A stretch of 64,000 nt of DNA from Dicyema japonicum (Eukaryota > Animalia > Dicyemida). Position numbers and translations under genes: made by a program. Location: assembly GCA_011109175.1 (NCBI GenBank), contig RDEW01000047.1:326363-390362 (forward strand). Reading direction: 5' to 3'. Positions 25,770-40,051 of this stretch are shown piece by piece (position 1 is the first letter of the stretch; each line of letters starts with the position of its first letter). Under the pieces are notes generated by a model, which did not search any database, was not told the DNA's origin, and saw nothing but the letters and a program-made list of their open reading frames with translations.

Positions 25770-27284
25770 TTATTAGAAGCTTACCCTTTAAGATATTTTG
25801 ACGATCATGCTCTTCTTACTGATACGACTGGATTTTCTATTTTTTCCGTAGTCAAATTATTTTTGGATGACATGAAGATTCCATATGAAAATTTTGTTTC
25901 TTGTGCCACAGATGGTGCAATGTCTATGGTTGGAAAATATAAAGGATTTGAGGCATATTTGAAAAAAATATGTCTAAATGTGATTCACATACATAGCGTT
26001 CTACATAGACAACATTTGGTTTCAAAAGCTCTTTTGCCAATTCTACAAGAAACGAATATAGTTATTTAAACCATAAACAAAATTAAAGCAAACAGCAAGT
26101 ATGATCGTCTTTTTAGAAAATTTTGCGACTAAAAAAACATATTTCCGTCTTGTGCTTCACATTGAGGTTATAGTTTCCAATTTTATTTTATAGGTACGAT
26201 GGTTATCAAGGGAAAATGCATAAGAACGATTTTCAATATTATTTGACACAATCGTAATTTTTCCTACTTCTAAACGTGATAAAAATTTAGCAGATTTAAT
26301 TGTATCGAAAAAGAAATTGTTTATTTGACTTGGATTTTTGGAAAATTTAATGAAGTTTCATTAAAACTTAAGGGAAAGTATGTTAATAGATTGTAAAAGA
26401 ATTATTCAAATATTTATCGAAAAAAATTAAGTTANTTTTCCTACTTCTGAACGTGATAAAAATTTAGCAGATTTAATTGTATCGAAAAAGAAATTGTTTA
26501 TTTGACTTGGATTTTTTGAAAATTTAATGAAGTTTCATTAGAACTTAAGGGAAAGTATGTTAATAGATTGTAAAAGAATTATTCAAATATTTATCGAAAA
26601 AATTAAGTTAAATAAATATAAATTGGAAAAAAGAAATATTACAACATTTCCGAATTCCACTCAATTAGTCAAACATTTGATAATGAAGATATTAACAACT
26701 TTTTGCAACATTTATTAAGTATAGAAAAAGATTTGATTCTTCGATTCCATGATATTCATGAATTAGAAATTCCATCTTGGATGATTAATCCGTTTTTGTC
26801 AAAGCCAGAAAAACAAAAAGAAAATATTAAAAAGGAACTAAGTATGTTAAAATTCAATCCAGAATTAAAATTGTTATAATGATTCACAATCACCTGTTAT
26901 TTTTTGGCAAAATAAGAAAGTTAGAGTTATTCACAATTGTGAACAGAAATAGCACAATTGCTAATCTATTTTCCGACATCATACTGTCTTGAATGCGGAT
27001 TTAGCATTCTACATCGAATTGTAAATAAAGAACGAAGCAGATTGGAAGTGCCATTAGACCTGTTATTTTTTGGCAAAATAAGAAAGTGAGAGTTATTCAC
27101 AATTGTGGACAGAAATAGCACAATTGCTAATCTATTTTCCGACATCATACTGTCTTGAATGCGGATTTAGCATTCTACATCGAATTGCAAATAAAGAACG
27201 AAGCAGATTGGAAGTGCCATTAGAGGAGATCTTCGTTTAAAAATAACACAAATAGAGCCAGATATCGAATCTTTGGTCAAAAAA
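25770..27284 (+). mobile_element. hAT (Buster/Charlie-like) transposase pseudogene
   Basis: SCATDGAMSMVGKYKG..IHSVLHRQHL, VRWLS, PSWMINPF, LFPTSYCLECGFS..KERSRL. Confidence 0.85.
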
Positions 27285-27489
27285 NNNNNNNNNNNNNNNN
27301 NNNNNNNNNNNNNNNNNNNNNNNNNNNNNNNNNNNNNNNNNNNNNNNNNNNNNNNNNNNNNNNNNNNNNNNNNNNNNNNNCTTATTACTACCAGGTTTTA
27401 GTCACTCGAGAAATCATACCGGACACTTACAAAAGATATCCCCCGAACAGGGGAAACTTACAGAAAAGTTTTGGACTTCTTGATACTTG

Positions 27490-28200
27490 CGTATTAATTT
27501 TCTTCAAAATAATATTAATTCTCGTTTTAATATTCGTTTTGATTTTCAATAAAATCTTGGGTCCATTAAGCAGTCGAAAACAGTTTATCGTACTATTTAG
27601 CTTTGCCCATGCTTGATAATTGTGTGTCCTGCCTATGCAGAGCTATAAATATAATGGCTCTCGTGAAAAGGCCGTTATTATTATTTATTATTCATGCTTG
27701 ATATATATAAATTATAGCATCCTTGAGGCTTATTTTTTTACATGCCTCGGAAGATGATTTTCCGAGTTCTATTTTTTTCAATAATTTCAAGAAATTTGAA
27801 TTTATTGAATAGCGTCTTTAATGTATTAATGACTCCTTGTCTTAATGAACTTGGAATCCATCCGTGCTTTTTTAAAATTATTCTAGGTTACAAAACTTTG
27901 GTAGCTAAAATTTTTAAAGCACCTAGGTTTTTTTGAATTTTCCAATTATGAATGGTGTTAGTTTATCAGTGCCAATCATATTCGAAGAAATCATTATCGA
28001 TATTCGAGCCTTCAAAAATTTCAAACGATCTTCTAGTGAGTCCTTTAACCCTTGACTAAATACTACAAAAATTACTCGATAACGGCAAACAAAATCGAAA
28101 TGTTTAAGAATACCACATTCAAGTGGCATTATATATCTCCAGCTCTAATGATTTCTGAATTGAGATAAAACAGGAACGTTAAGGGCAAAATCCAAATTAC
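27490..28200 (-). mobile_element. Degenerate Tigger/pogo transposon
   Basis: GTDKLTPFIIGKFKK motif; nucleotide similarity to 2960-3160. Confidence 0.7.
27619..27692 (+). mobile_element. 5'-truncated I-clade LINE 3' tip with TSD
   Basis: 11-bp TSD CATGCTTGATA (27608-27618 and 27693-27703); (TTA)n tail. Confidence 0.8.
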
Positions 28201-28649
28201 TGTTTTCTCACGTAATTTTGTTTTTTGACGGATTTTTAAATATGATCCGTTTCATATCGTCGATAGGGAAAAATTACGATTATCGGACGTTTGTTTCTCC
28301 AGTTTTATGAACATCCGAATTAATTTTCTAGCTTTCTGGAAATTTACAAATCTCAAATTGCGTCGAATTAGGTTTTCCAATACCTTTATTATCAGCTTCA
28401 TCCTCACATGATCACTGATTATTTTGATAGGTATTCTCCCCGTTGTGACATCATACCTTGATTTTTGTAAGCAGGCTTTCAATGTCTAGATTTTGATGCC
28501 CATTTCCGTTTGCAATGATCACTTTCTAAACCTCAGTATCGATTAGAACGATCTGTAAAATACCCTTGTCACATTATTGTGGCACGACTTTGAGACCCTC
28601 GGTAGCGTCAATAGTTTCGGTACATCATTTAAACGGTCACTGTCTTTTA

Positions 28650-29132
28650 ATTTAATTTATTAACCCCGGATACACTGAGAAAGAAGTTAAAGTAAACAAC
28701 TAATTAAGTGTATCCAGTTTCCACTTCTACAGAAACAGAGTCCATCCGGAATTAGCATAAAAGGTAAGACGTCCATTACATGCAGTTGTGGAAGCCCCTC
28801 CAGTGGAGTGGGGAAGAGCAAATGGTCCTTTTTCGTGCCGGCCTGGCACTGGGCGTCACCTAGACAGGTGGATCACATGACGCCATTCTAATAGGAAGAG
28901 AGAAGAGGAACAGACAAGCACGNACATGCAGTTGTGGAAGCCCCTCCAGTGGAGTGGGGAAGAGCAAATGATCCTTTTTCGTGCCGGCCTGGCACTGGGC
29001 GTCACCTATACAGGTGGATCACATGACGCCATCCTAATAGGAGGGGAGAGAAGGAACAGACAAGCAAGCAGAAAACTTCAACCAATTAACCAGGCAGCAC
29101 CACATGGCGCCACGCTGATAATCTTACAATAA
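28650..29132 (-). mobile_element. Non-autonomous retroposon (SINE-like family A)
   Basis: Close match to 46402-46708. 13-bp TSD TCACTGTCTTTTA at 28637-28649 and 29133-29145. The internal duplication around n28923 is probably an assembly overlap. Confidence 0.9.
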
Positions 29133-29239
29133 TCACTGTCTTTTAGAAGCTAGAACAAGACTTAATTGGACTTAATTAATTTAAGTAAATTATTTTTTAA
29201 AGAATAAAACATTTTTAAAGGGAAACAAATTTTATAAGG

Positions 29240-32200
29240 TTAAACTTCATCACTAAGAGGTTGCCCATATCTGTCGGAGATGTACTCACAAAACGTGTTA
29301 ATAAAGTATGTGAGCACAAAATTAGTCACAATAATGACTAAGAACCTATCTCTCATCTACAAGTGACTCAAAAAAAGTTACAGGATCGGGAATATTCACA
29401 ACAGACAAAGTCCGCTGAATGTCTGGAAGTATTCCATATACCAAAGAAAACACAAATCCTTGGATGATAGCGAATCCATACAGCAAACTCTTATGTTCTT
29501 TCAAACTCTTCATAAACGGTCGTCCCTTCAGATAAAAATAAGTCAAACTCTGTAATTGACTAAACAAGAATTCACATCCATGGCCAACGAGAGCAGCCAA
29601 ATACAAGAATTACTGATACTTGGTGAAAAAACTATTGATTCCGACGTAAGGCTTAAGATTAATGAGAATCCCACCCTGTTGAATTTCCAAAAGTTATATT
29701 AGTCACGGAAATGTTGTGCGTTGACTGGTATCTGAAAAGTTGAGCATTCATGAAAATGAGGGATCCAAAATGAATGAAAAACTGGGCAAAAACACTGATT
29801 AAACAAGGAATCGTGAAAAAACTCTTAGGCGGTCGAATAGACGAGATCACATCAGCAGGCTAAGGATAAATCAAAATGTTACCAGACTACTAGTAATGTT
29901 AAAGACTAAGAAAGTGCAACAAGTTCCCTGAACAGTAGCCTGAAGATCACCGATCCTAACTGCGTTCAAATATAACACACTCTGCCCATACGAACTGATG
30001 AAGGCATTGAGAGCAAGAATTTTGAACATTTGCAAGGTCTTCACATACGCTCCCCTGCCTTCGCGAATTATGTCCCTAACTTTGTCATAAAAACATAGAA
30101 AACCACAAATTGGGGAAGATTTCTTAGAGGAAAAAGGAGCGGCGATACTTGCATCTCCTAAATTACTCAAACGGGCGTCTTCCTCTGCCAGAGTTCCCAA
30201 TAAATCAGTCTAGATCACTTAGTACCACAACCTTAGGGCGAAAGGCAACAACATCGGGTATGTCACGAGAAGGGACCGCTACGCCTGAAAATATTAAAAC
30301 TTGAAAACCGATGTGAGCTTGTTTGAGAGCCCCAACATCATTGGTCCCATCCCCACACATTGTAGATAAATATCCCAGAGATCTCAGTCTGGTGATTACA
30401 AATTGCTGAAATTAAGAAAATAATACCTTTTGTTGGGGATCTGTTCTGGCTAAAACACAAACATGGGGAAGAATTAAATTCAGCAAACCTTCATTAGATT
30501 TTTTAAGAAAATTTAAAGCCTGCAAATAAAGGAGTTACGAAGCCTAACACTGCCAGTCATGCAGATTGACCACTCCTTCCACGAAGATTCAAACGTCTCG
30601 ATGCTAACTTCCTCTTCCGTATTGGACAATGACAATTCCAATTCACCGGTTTTTACTTATTAATAATAAAACAACAAAACCTTGAACATAAACGACAGAT
30701 TCCTTAGTGATGATCCCGAGTTCTTTGGCAACGTAATATGCCGTGTGGAGACTGTCTCCCGTTATCATTATGACCTTAAAATATTCACATTTATTACATG
30801 AAGTGAGGCATTTTTTAATTGGTTAATGGTCGTGTATGAGTCCGGCTTTATTTCCACAGTGAAGTTGACGAATCCACAAAATTCCAATTTTCCCCCGGGT
30901 TCAGTTTGAGATTTAAGATCAGGACACCGATCACATGGCCTAAATCCCACAGCCAGTACTCGGTACCCTAAAGACATACTGCTTTGCACAATTTGGTCAT
31001 AATTATCAGGAATTTCAACAAACTATAGTCATGTAGACAACAAACTAAATCTTTTAGAGCCTCTGGAGCTCCTTTGGTCGCCACAAAGTGTTTTGCCACA
31101 TTAGAATTTTCTGGAAAATAACGACAAATGACTGTCATTCTGCGAAGGGCAGAACTGAAATGAAATCTTTTAAGGATTTCCATTTTACAAGGAATTGTTC
31201 GTTTGCTTTGAACTTTCCGTTCAAGTTTGTCTTTTATGTAAATCATGAAAAACTTGGTGATGTGAATTTGAAACCAGAAAAAACAAGCAACTCCTGCTCA
31301 AGAACGTCACCAATAAGTGAAGATTGATGGAAGTGAAGGGAGTTACAGCTTGACATTGCCATCAGAGAGTTTGGAGGGCAGTCTGATTCCTGCAGTAATT
31401 CGGAAGAGTTACTAAAAATACCCACTTAAATTACTTTAAACCGTTCACTCCAGCCAAAATAAACTGATCATTAGTGAGGGTCCCCGTCTTGTCAAAACAG
31501 CATATTGTGGTCTGTGCTGCGAAGGGAATCCGGAAGGACTCTGTGCAGAAAATCCTGGACTGGGACAGGGCTTTCAAACTTGCGTTAACAGCCAGAGACA
31601 GTTCCAGAGGGAGTTCAGGTGGAAGAATAGATGTAAGAATGAAAATGCATTTTAGCAGTAGTTTGTAGTCATTGTTTCGATACTCCTCTCCAGCTTGGGA
31701 ATAAGAGAAATCATTTACCGTTAAACCACACGTAAGCTGAAGCGGCGAGCCCAAAGAAAAAAAGCATCAAGATCAGCCAAAGAGAATCAGAACTATGAAT
31801 AGAAGTATTTCCAGCGTTTTGGAGAATAATTTTGAGCAGCTTTCCCTGGTAAGTGGAAAAACCAGTCCGGACTACAACGCATAGACAGCCTCCCTTCTGA
31901 CCGAGAGGAAGTGGACCGTTAGTCGTACAATCAATAAATTTGGTCCCCGAGTAAAGAAGATGCAACTTTCCATGTATTTTAGAATCAAATTCATCAATTT
32001 CCTTGGCGGGTTCCTACAATATATATAAAACCAGACTTTCATGACGGGTAGTGATTCTCCTGTTAAGAGTGACTCGTCAGTGACACAAGAACCATGAAGG
32101 ATAAGCATATCACAGTGTATTATAGTATTTGCACTTTTTTGACCATCTAATGTGAATAAATACCCAAAATGCCTATAAAAACTATGTCACGTGGCACAAG

Positions 32201-33034
32201 TTGAGTACTTGAAATAACTATCCACTTTCCTTGTCGATAAACGGTTACAAACTGACGAGAATTACCGAGACCTCTGATCTCTTCCATATTTTTGATTTGT
32301 TGTAGAGTATTTAATCCTTCAAGACCCACGAGCATGAAAAGGGAGGTAAGGGGAAAGGCCCAATATTCGTCCAGGCACCACAGAAGCATACAAAATGTTT
32401 GAAACACAAAGAATGGAGAAATAGCTTTCTCCATGAATAAGGAGAAAAAGCTTGGAAGTTCAATTGTCATATGATTGCTACCGAAAGTCCAGCGAAGATT
32501 GTCAACCTCTTCTTCGTCTTTAATGAATTTAGGAAGAATGGAGTTTCGACGAAAAATCATATCATCAGGATGATTTGGGAGAACAAATTGCCCCAATGAA
32601 TCGTCGAATATAAACTTTAGCTTCATAAAAATGAAATATTTTCCATGTTTTCTGTGCGATTTCTAAAAATACCGAAATGTGCTTACTATGGTTTCTATAG
32701 ATTTCAGACCTCGGTTTGGCTGAGGTATAATTAGCACATGGGTCGCTTCTCCTTGAGTTGCCTAGACTGTGACTATTTCTCATACATTCGAGTAGTTGCA
32801 TAATCTGTCAACCTCGACATACCAAAAGCATGACAGAAATGAAAGTAGTTGTAGAATAACAATTACAATCAGAAAAACAGTAATCAAAAAGTTGTTGTCC
32901 CTAAGTGGAGAAAAACGACAGAGAACTCCAAAAATGGAATAAATGGCGATAAAGCTCATCACGTGCAGGCGGTGGTACATTTCTTTGACTTTTATGTATT
33001 CTAAAGACTCGATGTCCTCGTTGGCAAAAACCAT
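29240..33034 (-). CDS. ATP13A1: P5A-type ATPase (ER transmembrane helix translocase)
   Basis: [85 protein letters not shown]. More than 12 short introns (those resolved are 23-29 nt). TAA at 29240-29242. Confidence 0.95.
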
Positions 33035-33126
33035 ATACGTGGCAACTTTAAGAAATTATTTAAATTTTATTTTAAATTAAAAAAATATTAAAATTAATTA
33101 TTTTCTAGTAATTGAAACAAATTATC

Positions 33127-34413
33127 ATGCCTTCTTTGAATAATTTTGTTTTTCAATGCAAAAATTCACAATTTACTGATAATCTATTAAATGATTATGT
33201 AAAATGGTGATTTATAATAGATTCATTTCTTGAACCACGTGGACGAATGTGCTTTTGTCTTTTCTTCTAACTCATTGATTGAACACGGCTATTTCGAGGT
33301 ACATTTCTTTCTCACTAGAATGTTGGAAACCGGAAGACTCTGAGTTTTGCCATTATTACCGCTTTTGGTGAGAGTTCACTACTTTTTAGACGACGTGTTT
33401 GTTCACTAATCAACAAAGTCTTAGAAAGGATCGAGTTTTCTGTATACTTCCAAGGCTTTGATTCTCTCCTGGAGTTATTATTGTCCGAGTTTATCCCTGC
33501 CTCTGAATATTTGTGGGAGTACTTAAATTTGTGTCAAAAAGTCATGAAACTTGCAGGAAATAAATTCTCATTTTTGATTTGCAAAAATTTAGACTTTGCA
33601 GCAATTTTTAGCTTAAAAGCTGATTTTTTGATTTACAAAATGATCGAAATTTGGTCTCTGATGGTCACTGAGAACTTTTCCGCGTCAGAACAGGTCATAA
33701 ATGTCCTTAGAAATGCTGTTGACTTCTTACGAGATGTCCCAAAGGATTTTGTTTACTTTGCTGGTCACTCGCAGGAGTTTCATAGTGAACTTAGCACAAA
33801 TCATAAGACTGCTCTTCGTCATGTTTTATTTTTCTGCCTCCTCATATATAATCATGTTTATTCGAGGAATACTTCGACTCCGGACACTCGTTACCCTGAG
33901 CTTGACTTATTACTTGGCAATATTTTTGACCTCTGTGAATCCTCGAGTGTATGTGTCAACATTGTCAGCACTTTTATTGATGATGACCACAAAATTGCTC
34001 AAGTGATGGTCCTCATTCAAAGAATCCATGGACATTGTAGTGAAACATGTTTGCCGCATCCAATTCATCTGATGTTCGCTTTTTCACTTGCTATCAAGTT
34101 TGACGCCGATTTATTTGTGAGCTTTATGCACGTTGGTGAATCTGGGGTGGAATCGGCTCACTTTCTCATGTTTGTGATCCGATCCTTACGTATGATTGGG
34201 GAGATTGATTTGCGGCAACTTATCGATTGCTTCGTTGGTTGGAACATTTCGTACAACAAAATCTACCTCATTGAAGACTTGGATGATTTTGAGTGGACTC
34301 CTCAGAGATTTTTAAATATGCTTACAAGCTGTGAAGAGATTTTGAGGGATAAAGGTGCCATGAGCATTGCCTTGAAATTCAAAGCGGCCTTACAGTTTTT
34401 TAATTTTGGATGA
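33127..34413 (+). CDS. LINS1: Protein Lines homolog
   Basis: C-terminal FIDDDHKI..HPIHLMF..IKFDADLFVSFM..E..FL resembles the Lines_C domain. Introns 33199-33220 (22 nt) and 33299-33318 (20 nt). Confidence 0.7.
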
Positions 34414-35159
34414 CATTTTTATATAAAAAATTTTATATTCGATATTTCATTTCTCAATACCTTTTTTATTGGAACTTTAATAAATCCAATAATTTATTTT
34501 TTAATTTACCTTGAATTTTCGCGGAAACCGAATACTCTCTTAACCCTATTTTGGACACAAAATTTTTCAAACTCTAAAAAAAGTGAGGTTATTCTAAATT
34601 AATTTGTTAACCCAAGCTTCGATAAGTGCATGAAGCTGGTGAAGGAAACTTACTGAGTCCGATTGTTTCTAGGAATCCTCCACTTTAGACCTGGTAATTG
34701 ATGTAAAAAGATCTTGAACTTCTCTTCTACCCAAAAATGTAAGATGTCCACACCGTATGTGAGAATGTTCAATTTGATGCTCCTTTGGAACCCTGATTTT
34801 AAAGCGCTGATCTCTGCGTCCCAGTATTTTACTGTCTCCAAAAACCCATATGGTACCGATGTGAACAAGCCAATAGTCTCGAGGTAATAATCATACCTTC
34901 CAAAAACCAGGGCAATGAAAATCGGTCGGAGAATTTAAATCCTCACTGGAACTTGTTTAATTTTTAAAGGAATTTAATTCGGAATTTTATTTCATTATTG
35001 AAAGAAGAATCAATTACATTGATTAAAAAGTTGGTAAAAGAAAAACCTTTAAAACTCTTTGGATATTTTCAAAGGATATTTTAGTAATGTCACAGTCCGA
35101 TAGTGTGGCCATGACGTTGGTGATTTTCGATCGTACTGAAGGAAAACGAATGATATTTT

Positions 35160-35360
35160 TCATTTATTTAGATCCCTGGAATCACTGAGAAAGAAAGACA
35201 GAAAAAACGTCAGACAGTTAGGTAATCAATTGAGCCATCCAATGTCTTTGGTCTCATATATTTCCTACTACCATACGAAAGAACCTTCTCTCATCCCTGT
35301 ATAAGAATCCAATTGAGGAAGGGGACTTTTTGACCATTTTTCTTTTGCTTTGGAAATGGC
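35160..35360 (-). mobile_element. Short LINE 3'-end fragment
   Basis: Family-like terminus ..TTTCTCAGTGATTCCAGGGATCTAAATAAAT. Confidence 0.45.
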
Positions 35361-35362
35361 GA

Positions 35363-37670
35363 TATTATTATTATTAACCCAAGAACACCGATTGTTAATT
35401 TAATTACTAAATTAATTAAGTAATCTCGAAGGCCTCAATCAGAATTCTCATTTTCTCCTCGTGCGCCTTCTGGAATCCAACACAACTTCTCTGTGGGCAG
35501 GGTGGTTTCGGGAATAGGAATTGGAGAAGGGTAATGTATACCCTTCTCATAAGACACGTCGTGGCTGTGTATTGTTGAGAGTTTCACTGCTTGCACAGGG
35601 TAGCAAATCCCTTTCCATTTTGTCGGATAAGGTCTTCAAGTGATGAGGGTATTAGTTTTTCTAGTTTCCCGAGATTACTAATAGTAGTGGCTGTTAAGGC
35701 CTGAATGTCCCGGATTCTTTGTTTGTTCATCCAGGACAGATTGATTCCCCATAACGTACAAACATAGCTGACAGATGGCTCAATGAATTGTTTGCACAAC
35801 AATTTCAAAGCTGGGGAAAGGGTTTTATTATTATTATTATTATAAGCAACTACATAGAATCATATAAACTATAATTCTATTCGTGCCGCGTCCNAGATTG
35901 ATCCCCCATAACGTACAAACATAGCTGACAGATGGTTCAATGAATCGTTTGTACAACAATTTCAAAGCTGGGGAAGGGGTTTTAATGCACTGTCCACTGT
36001 CCACTGTCCAAGTCGTTTGTCTGAGGTAAATAAAGACGAAGAAGATTTTTCAGTAGATATATCAAGCCGGTTATATTTTAGCCAAATTTGAATCTTGTGA
36101 AGGTATTCTTGTAGTCTTTCTGATGCCTTTGGGATATCTTGATCGCGGGATCCGATTAATAAGTCATCAGCATATGATGGGATGAAATCGTCTTTATTAT
36201 CGGGTTGTAGGTAAACCGCACATGTATAAGTTAAATAAGGCGGGTGATAAAGGGGAACCTTGTGGGACACCATTGGGTAGTAATCTTAAATTGATTTGGT
36301 CCCATCCATGTATACCCGGGCCCTTCTTCCATTTATGAAGTTAGCAAGCCAAAGTTTTATATTGGGGTTGACGGGGAGAACAAACAATTTCCGGGTTAGG
36401 ATTTTCCTTGAGACAGAGTCGAAGGCCTTTTGTAAATCGATCGAGCAAACGACTGTTTTGAGGTGACGAGGATTTGTGTTAAAGCCTTCAATGATAAATT
36501 GGTTGAGGGAAGTTAGGTGGGTAGAAGTTGAATGACCCCTTCTAAATCCATGTTGTGAGGACGAAAAAGGAAGGGATGGAGTTATAAGGTTAAGAATCAA
36601 TTTTTCCAATAACTTTGATAAGGTGCATAGTAAAGAGATTGGTCGAAATGATGCAAGATTGTTTTTAGGCTTGCCAGGCTTAAAGATTGGGCGTATATAG
36701 GACGATTTCTAGATAGTTACAATTGTATTCATGTTTATTAAATAGTTGAAAATCACTGTGATTGCATCAATTGCAATAGGTCCAAGGTGTTTTAGTCAAA
36801 TACCAGGGATAGAATCTGGCCCACATGAGAGGGAAGATTTCATCCTCTTCAAACCCTCACTGACATCTAAATGAGAGATAAAGTTAATCGGCTGTGTTCT
36901 CTTCGGTCTTATTGAGGATAAAAAAGGCCCATTTATTTTCCTGAAAGGTTTGTGGCTTATATTGGCGTAATATTTCATGAGCTTGTTAAGACTGATGATC
37001 CGTCTGTTGTCTTTTAAAATTTCCTTTTGGACCAAGTTGTTTAATTTCTCTTCATATCTTATAAGCAGATTTCTGAAATGGAAGGGAAGATACTAGTTTG
37101 TCCCATCTGTTGGCTTCAGTTTTTCTAATCCTTTTAGATATTTCGTCATTGAGAGTTTTTGTTTGACTTTTTCTGTCCGGGAAAGGAAGATACATGTCTT
37201 TTCAGGCGATTCCTTTCTTTAATTAATGATTTGGTGTTCTGATCAAGTTTTTCATTGTAGAATTTAAATGATCCACGCGGAATGAATGTTCTCCGCGCCA
37301 TGAGAATAGTTTTGTTTAGAAAGTCAATAGCTTTATCTATTGAAAGAAATATCATATCAAAGTTTACTAAAGGTAGATCGATATATTTTGAATAGTCATT
37401 CCAGTTTGCTTTTTTATAGTTGAAAAATAAAACAGTCTCTTTCCTGTGGTAAAGAACTTTTTTGATTCGAATAATGATTGGATTGTGGTCGGAAGATAAT
37501 CCATAATGTACTGTCCAAGATGTGTCCGGTACAAGGTTTGGGGAACAGAAAGTAATATCTGGGGACGTTGAAGCTTCGTTTTCCTTGTAAGGAATCCTAG
37601 TGTGCTTCCTGGGGTTGTTAAGGATAGTCAGAGAGGTGAGTTGGTTTAATAAGGATAATCCTCTTGGCAT
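35363..37670 (-). mobile_element. 5'-truncated Ingi/Vingi-like LINE (APE + RT), pseudogenised
   Basis: SPDITF..SSDHNPI..YKKANW; QHGFRRGHST..IDLQKAFDSV; PQG; SYADD; (TAA)n tail at 35363-35375. Confidence 0.9.
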
Positions 37671-37733
37671 TTGAATTTAATTAACTCTAAAATCATTAAT
37701 TTCAAAAAAATTTAAATTAATTTTTTTAATTAA

Positions 37734-39365
37734 TTATCGACTAATATCAGCGTCTTGACCAAACTCATATTTACGTATCGCAGGGAGAAGGTCGTTGCTC
37801 AAAAAATCGTCAATCCACATGTAACGATACAAATACCTGCTGGGGGATGCAGCCAATATATTGCAAAGGATCATTATAAATATTCATTTTGTCCCCCACA
37901 AACGGAAATTGTTCTGTTATGAGAGATAACAAGTCAGATCCATCAGAAACTGCCTTTAATGCACATTCTCGTAATTTGGCATGGCAGTCCTGTCGATTTC
38001 CACCGCGTTTGACGGCTTCCATCAAAACCTTCTCGGTAGCCATGAAAGGGAGATGCATCATTACGTTTTTAGTAACATTTTCACGTCTGACTGACAGACC
38101 CTGTAGAATGTACTGAAGAGTATTCAGTATAGAATCGGCTACGAGAAATGACTCTGCAATAGTAACACGTCTGAATATTGCGAAGTAAAATACCTGTTAG
38201 CACTATCATCCAGGGATCTCTCCAACCACTGAGTAGACAATGTCATCAAGGGATTCTGAATGAGAGACATGAGATGACGCGACAAAGAACAGCATCGTTC
38301 AGACAAAATGGGATTCCGTTTATATGGCATAGCAGAGGATCCTTAAATTAGGCCTAATATCACCAATTTGGTTTTGTTGGAACGGTTCTGCCAGCTCACA
38401 GTCGTGTGAGAGAAGTCTAATGTCTGTGCAAATCTGAAATTAACATGTCTTCACTTTGTGAATTGATGAGGCAACACTTGAAAGGGCAGAAATGAGGGAA
38501 ATATCCTGTTTTCGACTATAAGTCTGTCCCGTGACCTTAAAAACCCTAAAGTGAGAAAAAAAAGAACTTTTCAAACCCAAAATGTTTAGCCAGAGTAATT
38601 TCCAATGAGTCAACCTGTAGATTAAATAAAAATGTAACATTGACGGAATCACCCAGAATGTCAAGGTAGCTATCCTGTGATCCAGTGGCGCCCTTAAATC
38701 CCTTCATCTTGAGGTTATCTCGAACATGTTGGAGAGCAAGTAAATCGTTGAGAAGATCGTCAGCCCATAAACAAGCTCTCTTGCCGTAAGTTGTTGCCTG
38801 GGCTGGTCTATTTGTATTTCGTAGGGAATTTACTGGTAATGTGTGTATGCTATGGCCACGAGGTCACTATTTTCTCTAATAAAGTCGGACAGTCTGTATA
38901 GACACCGAGCAATCTGAATAAAAGCTGAATACGTACCAATTGGAGGATTCTGTCGAGAGCTTGTCGTTGAATAATGACATCCTATAGATTATCCGCAATA
39001 TTACAGCGTTGTCGGTTATGTCGTTGGAGGTGGCTCCCAAATGTATGATTGGGCTAGCCAGAGGACACACGTGACAGTACGTCTTTAAGTGTGCCATTAC
39101 ATCGTGTCGAATTTCTGATTCTAAGCGATTTGCCATTTCAAAATCAATATTTGACTGATTCTCATGCATTTCTGATATTTGTTGCTTAGTTATTTGGCAT
39201 CCCGCTTCCTATCTTATATTGAATTTGTTCTACCAGTTGTGCTTGAGCTAATTCAGTCCAGATCATCCTCCATGTGGTTACTTTGTGTTCCTCACTAAAT
39301 AACCTGAGCATCTCAGCGCTGGCATATCGAGTTTCCAACGGACTGTGATATATTTTCGTATCCAT
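37734..39365 (-). CDS. ADSL: Adenylosuccinate lyase
   Basis: [77 protein letters not shown]. About 10 short introns (those resolved are 21-26 nt); the last has a non-AG acceptor. Confidence 0.95.
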
Positions 39366-40051
39366 ATTAATTTGAACTAATAATATATTGATTTTTGTTT
39401 AAAATAATTTAAAAAATGAATATAAATAATGTTTTGAAATAATATTATAAATATATTTTAAAGTTTACATTAAAAATAATTTACATAAAAGCTTTGTGGT
39501 GATTATCCGATGGAGTAACGGAGGTGGCCTGACCTAATGTGATCAGGAGGCCACCTGACGCCAACGAACTCGTGTAAGGTCAAGGGAGGAGTATCAAGTA
39601 AGCTGAGAGCCTGGATCAAAATTGTAACGATAACTTTGTTTTTTCGGCTTAACGGTGGTCTTTGAAAAAAAATTTAATTAATCAATATAATCTGTACTTT
39701 TATCTCTTCTATCAAGAAGATCGTAGCTGTCCAGAAAAGGACATACAGAGTGATAGAACAGTGGATTTCGGCTACAAAGGCTCAGCAACGACATTTCTGG
39801 AGACACTAATACGTATAAAATGTGTGTGACAGTTTTCGCTCTGTGTGACAGTTCTTCGTAATTTGTGTGATCTAAAAAGAGGAAATACGCTTTCAATTAC
39901 GAGAGCTGTTTACTAGTTCATAACAGTTTAATTTTTTTTCTAAGAAATGAGTCAACTGTTAAGATTAGTTTACTTTTATTTTTAAATTTGTACAAAAAAA
40001 TATAGAAACAAAATTAAAATATTTATTTCAATTCCAACATAACATGTAAGT

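Noticed and set aside
34650-34868. YGVDILHFWV as an aminoacyl-tRNA synthetase motif
   Set aside because: No KMSKS or other supporting context; short isolated ORF.
35085-35118. AACGTCAT..GTGACATT (minus strand) as a further copy of the 5' fold
   Set aside because: P2' and P4 are missing; too degenerate to support.
39523-39582. GGTGGCCT/AGGCCACC and TGACCT/AGGTCA pairings as another ribozyme-like fold
   Set aside because: Single copy, no P3/P4 fit, and not linked to a recognisable element.
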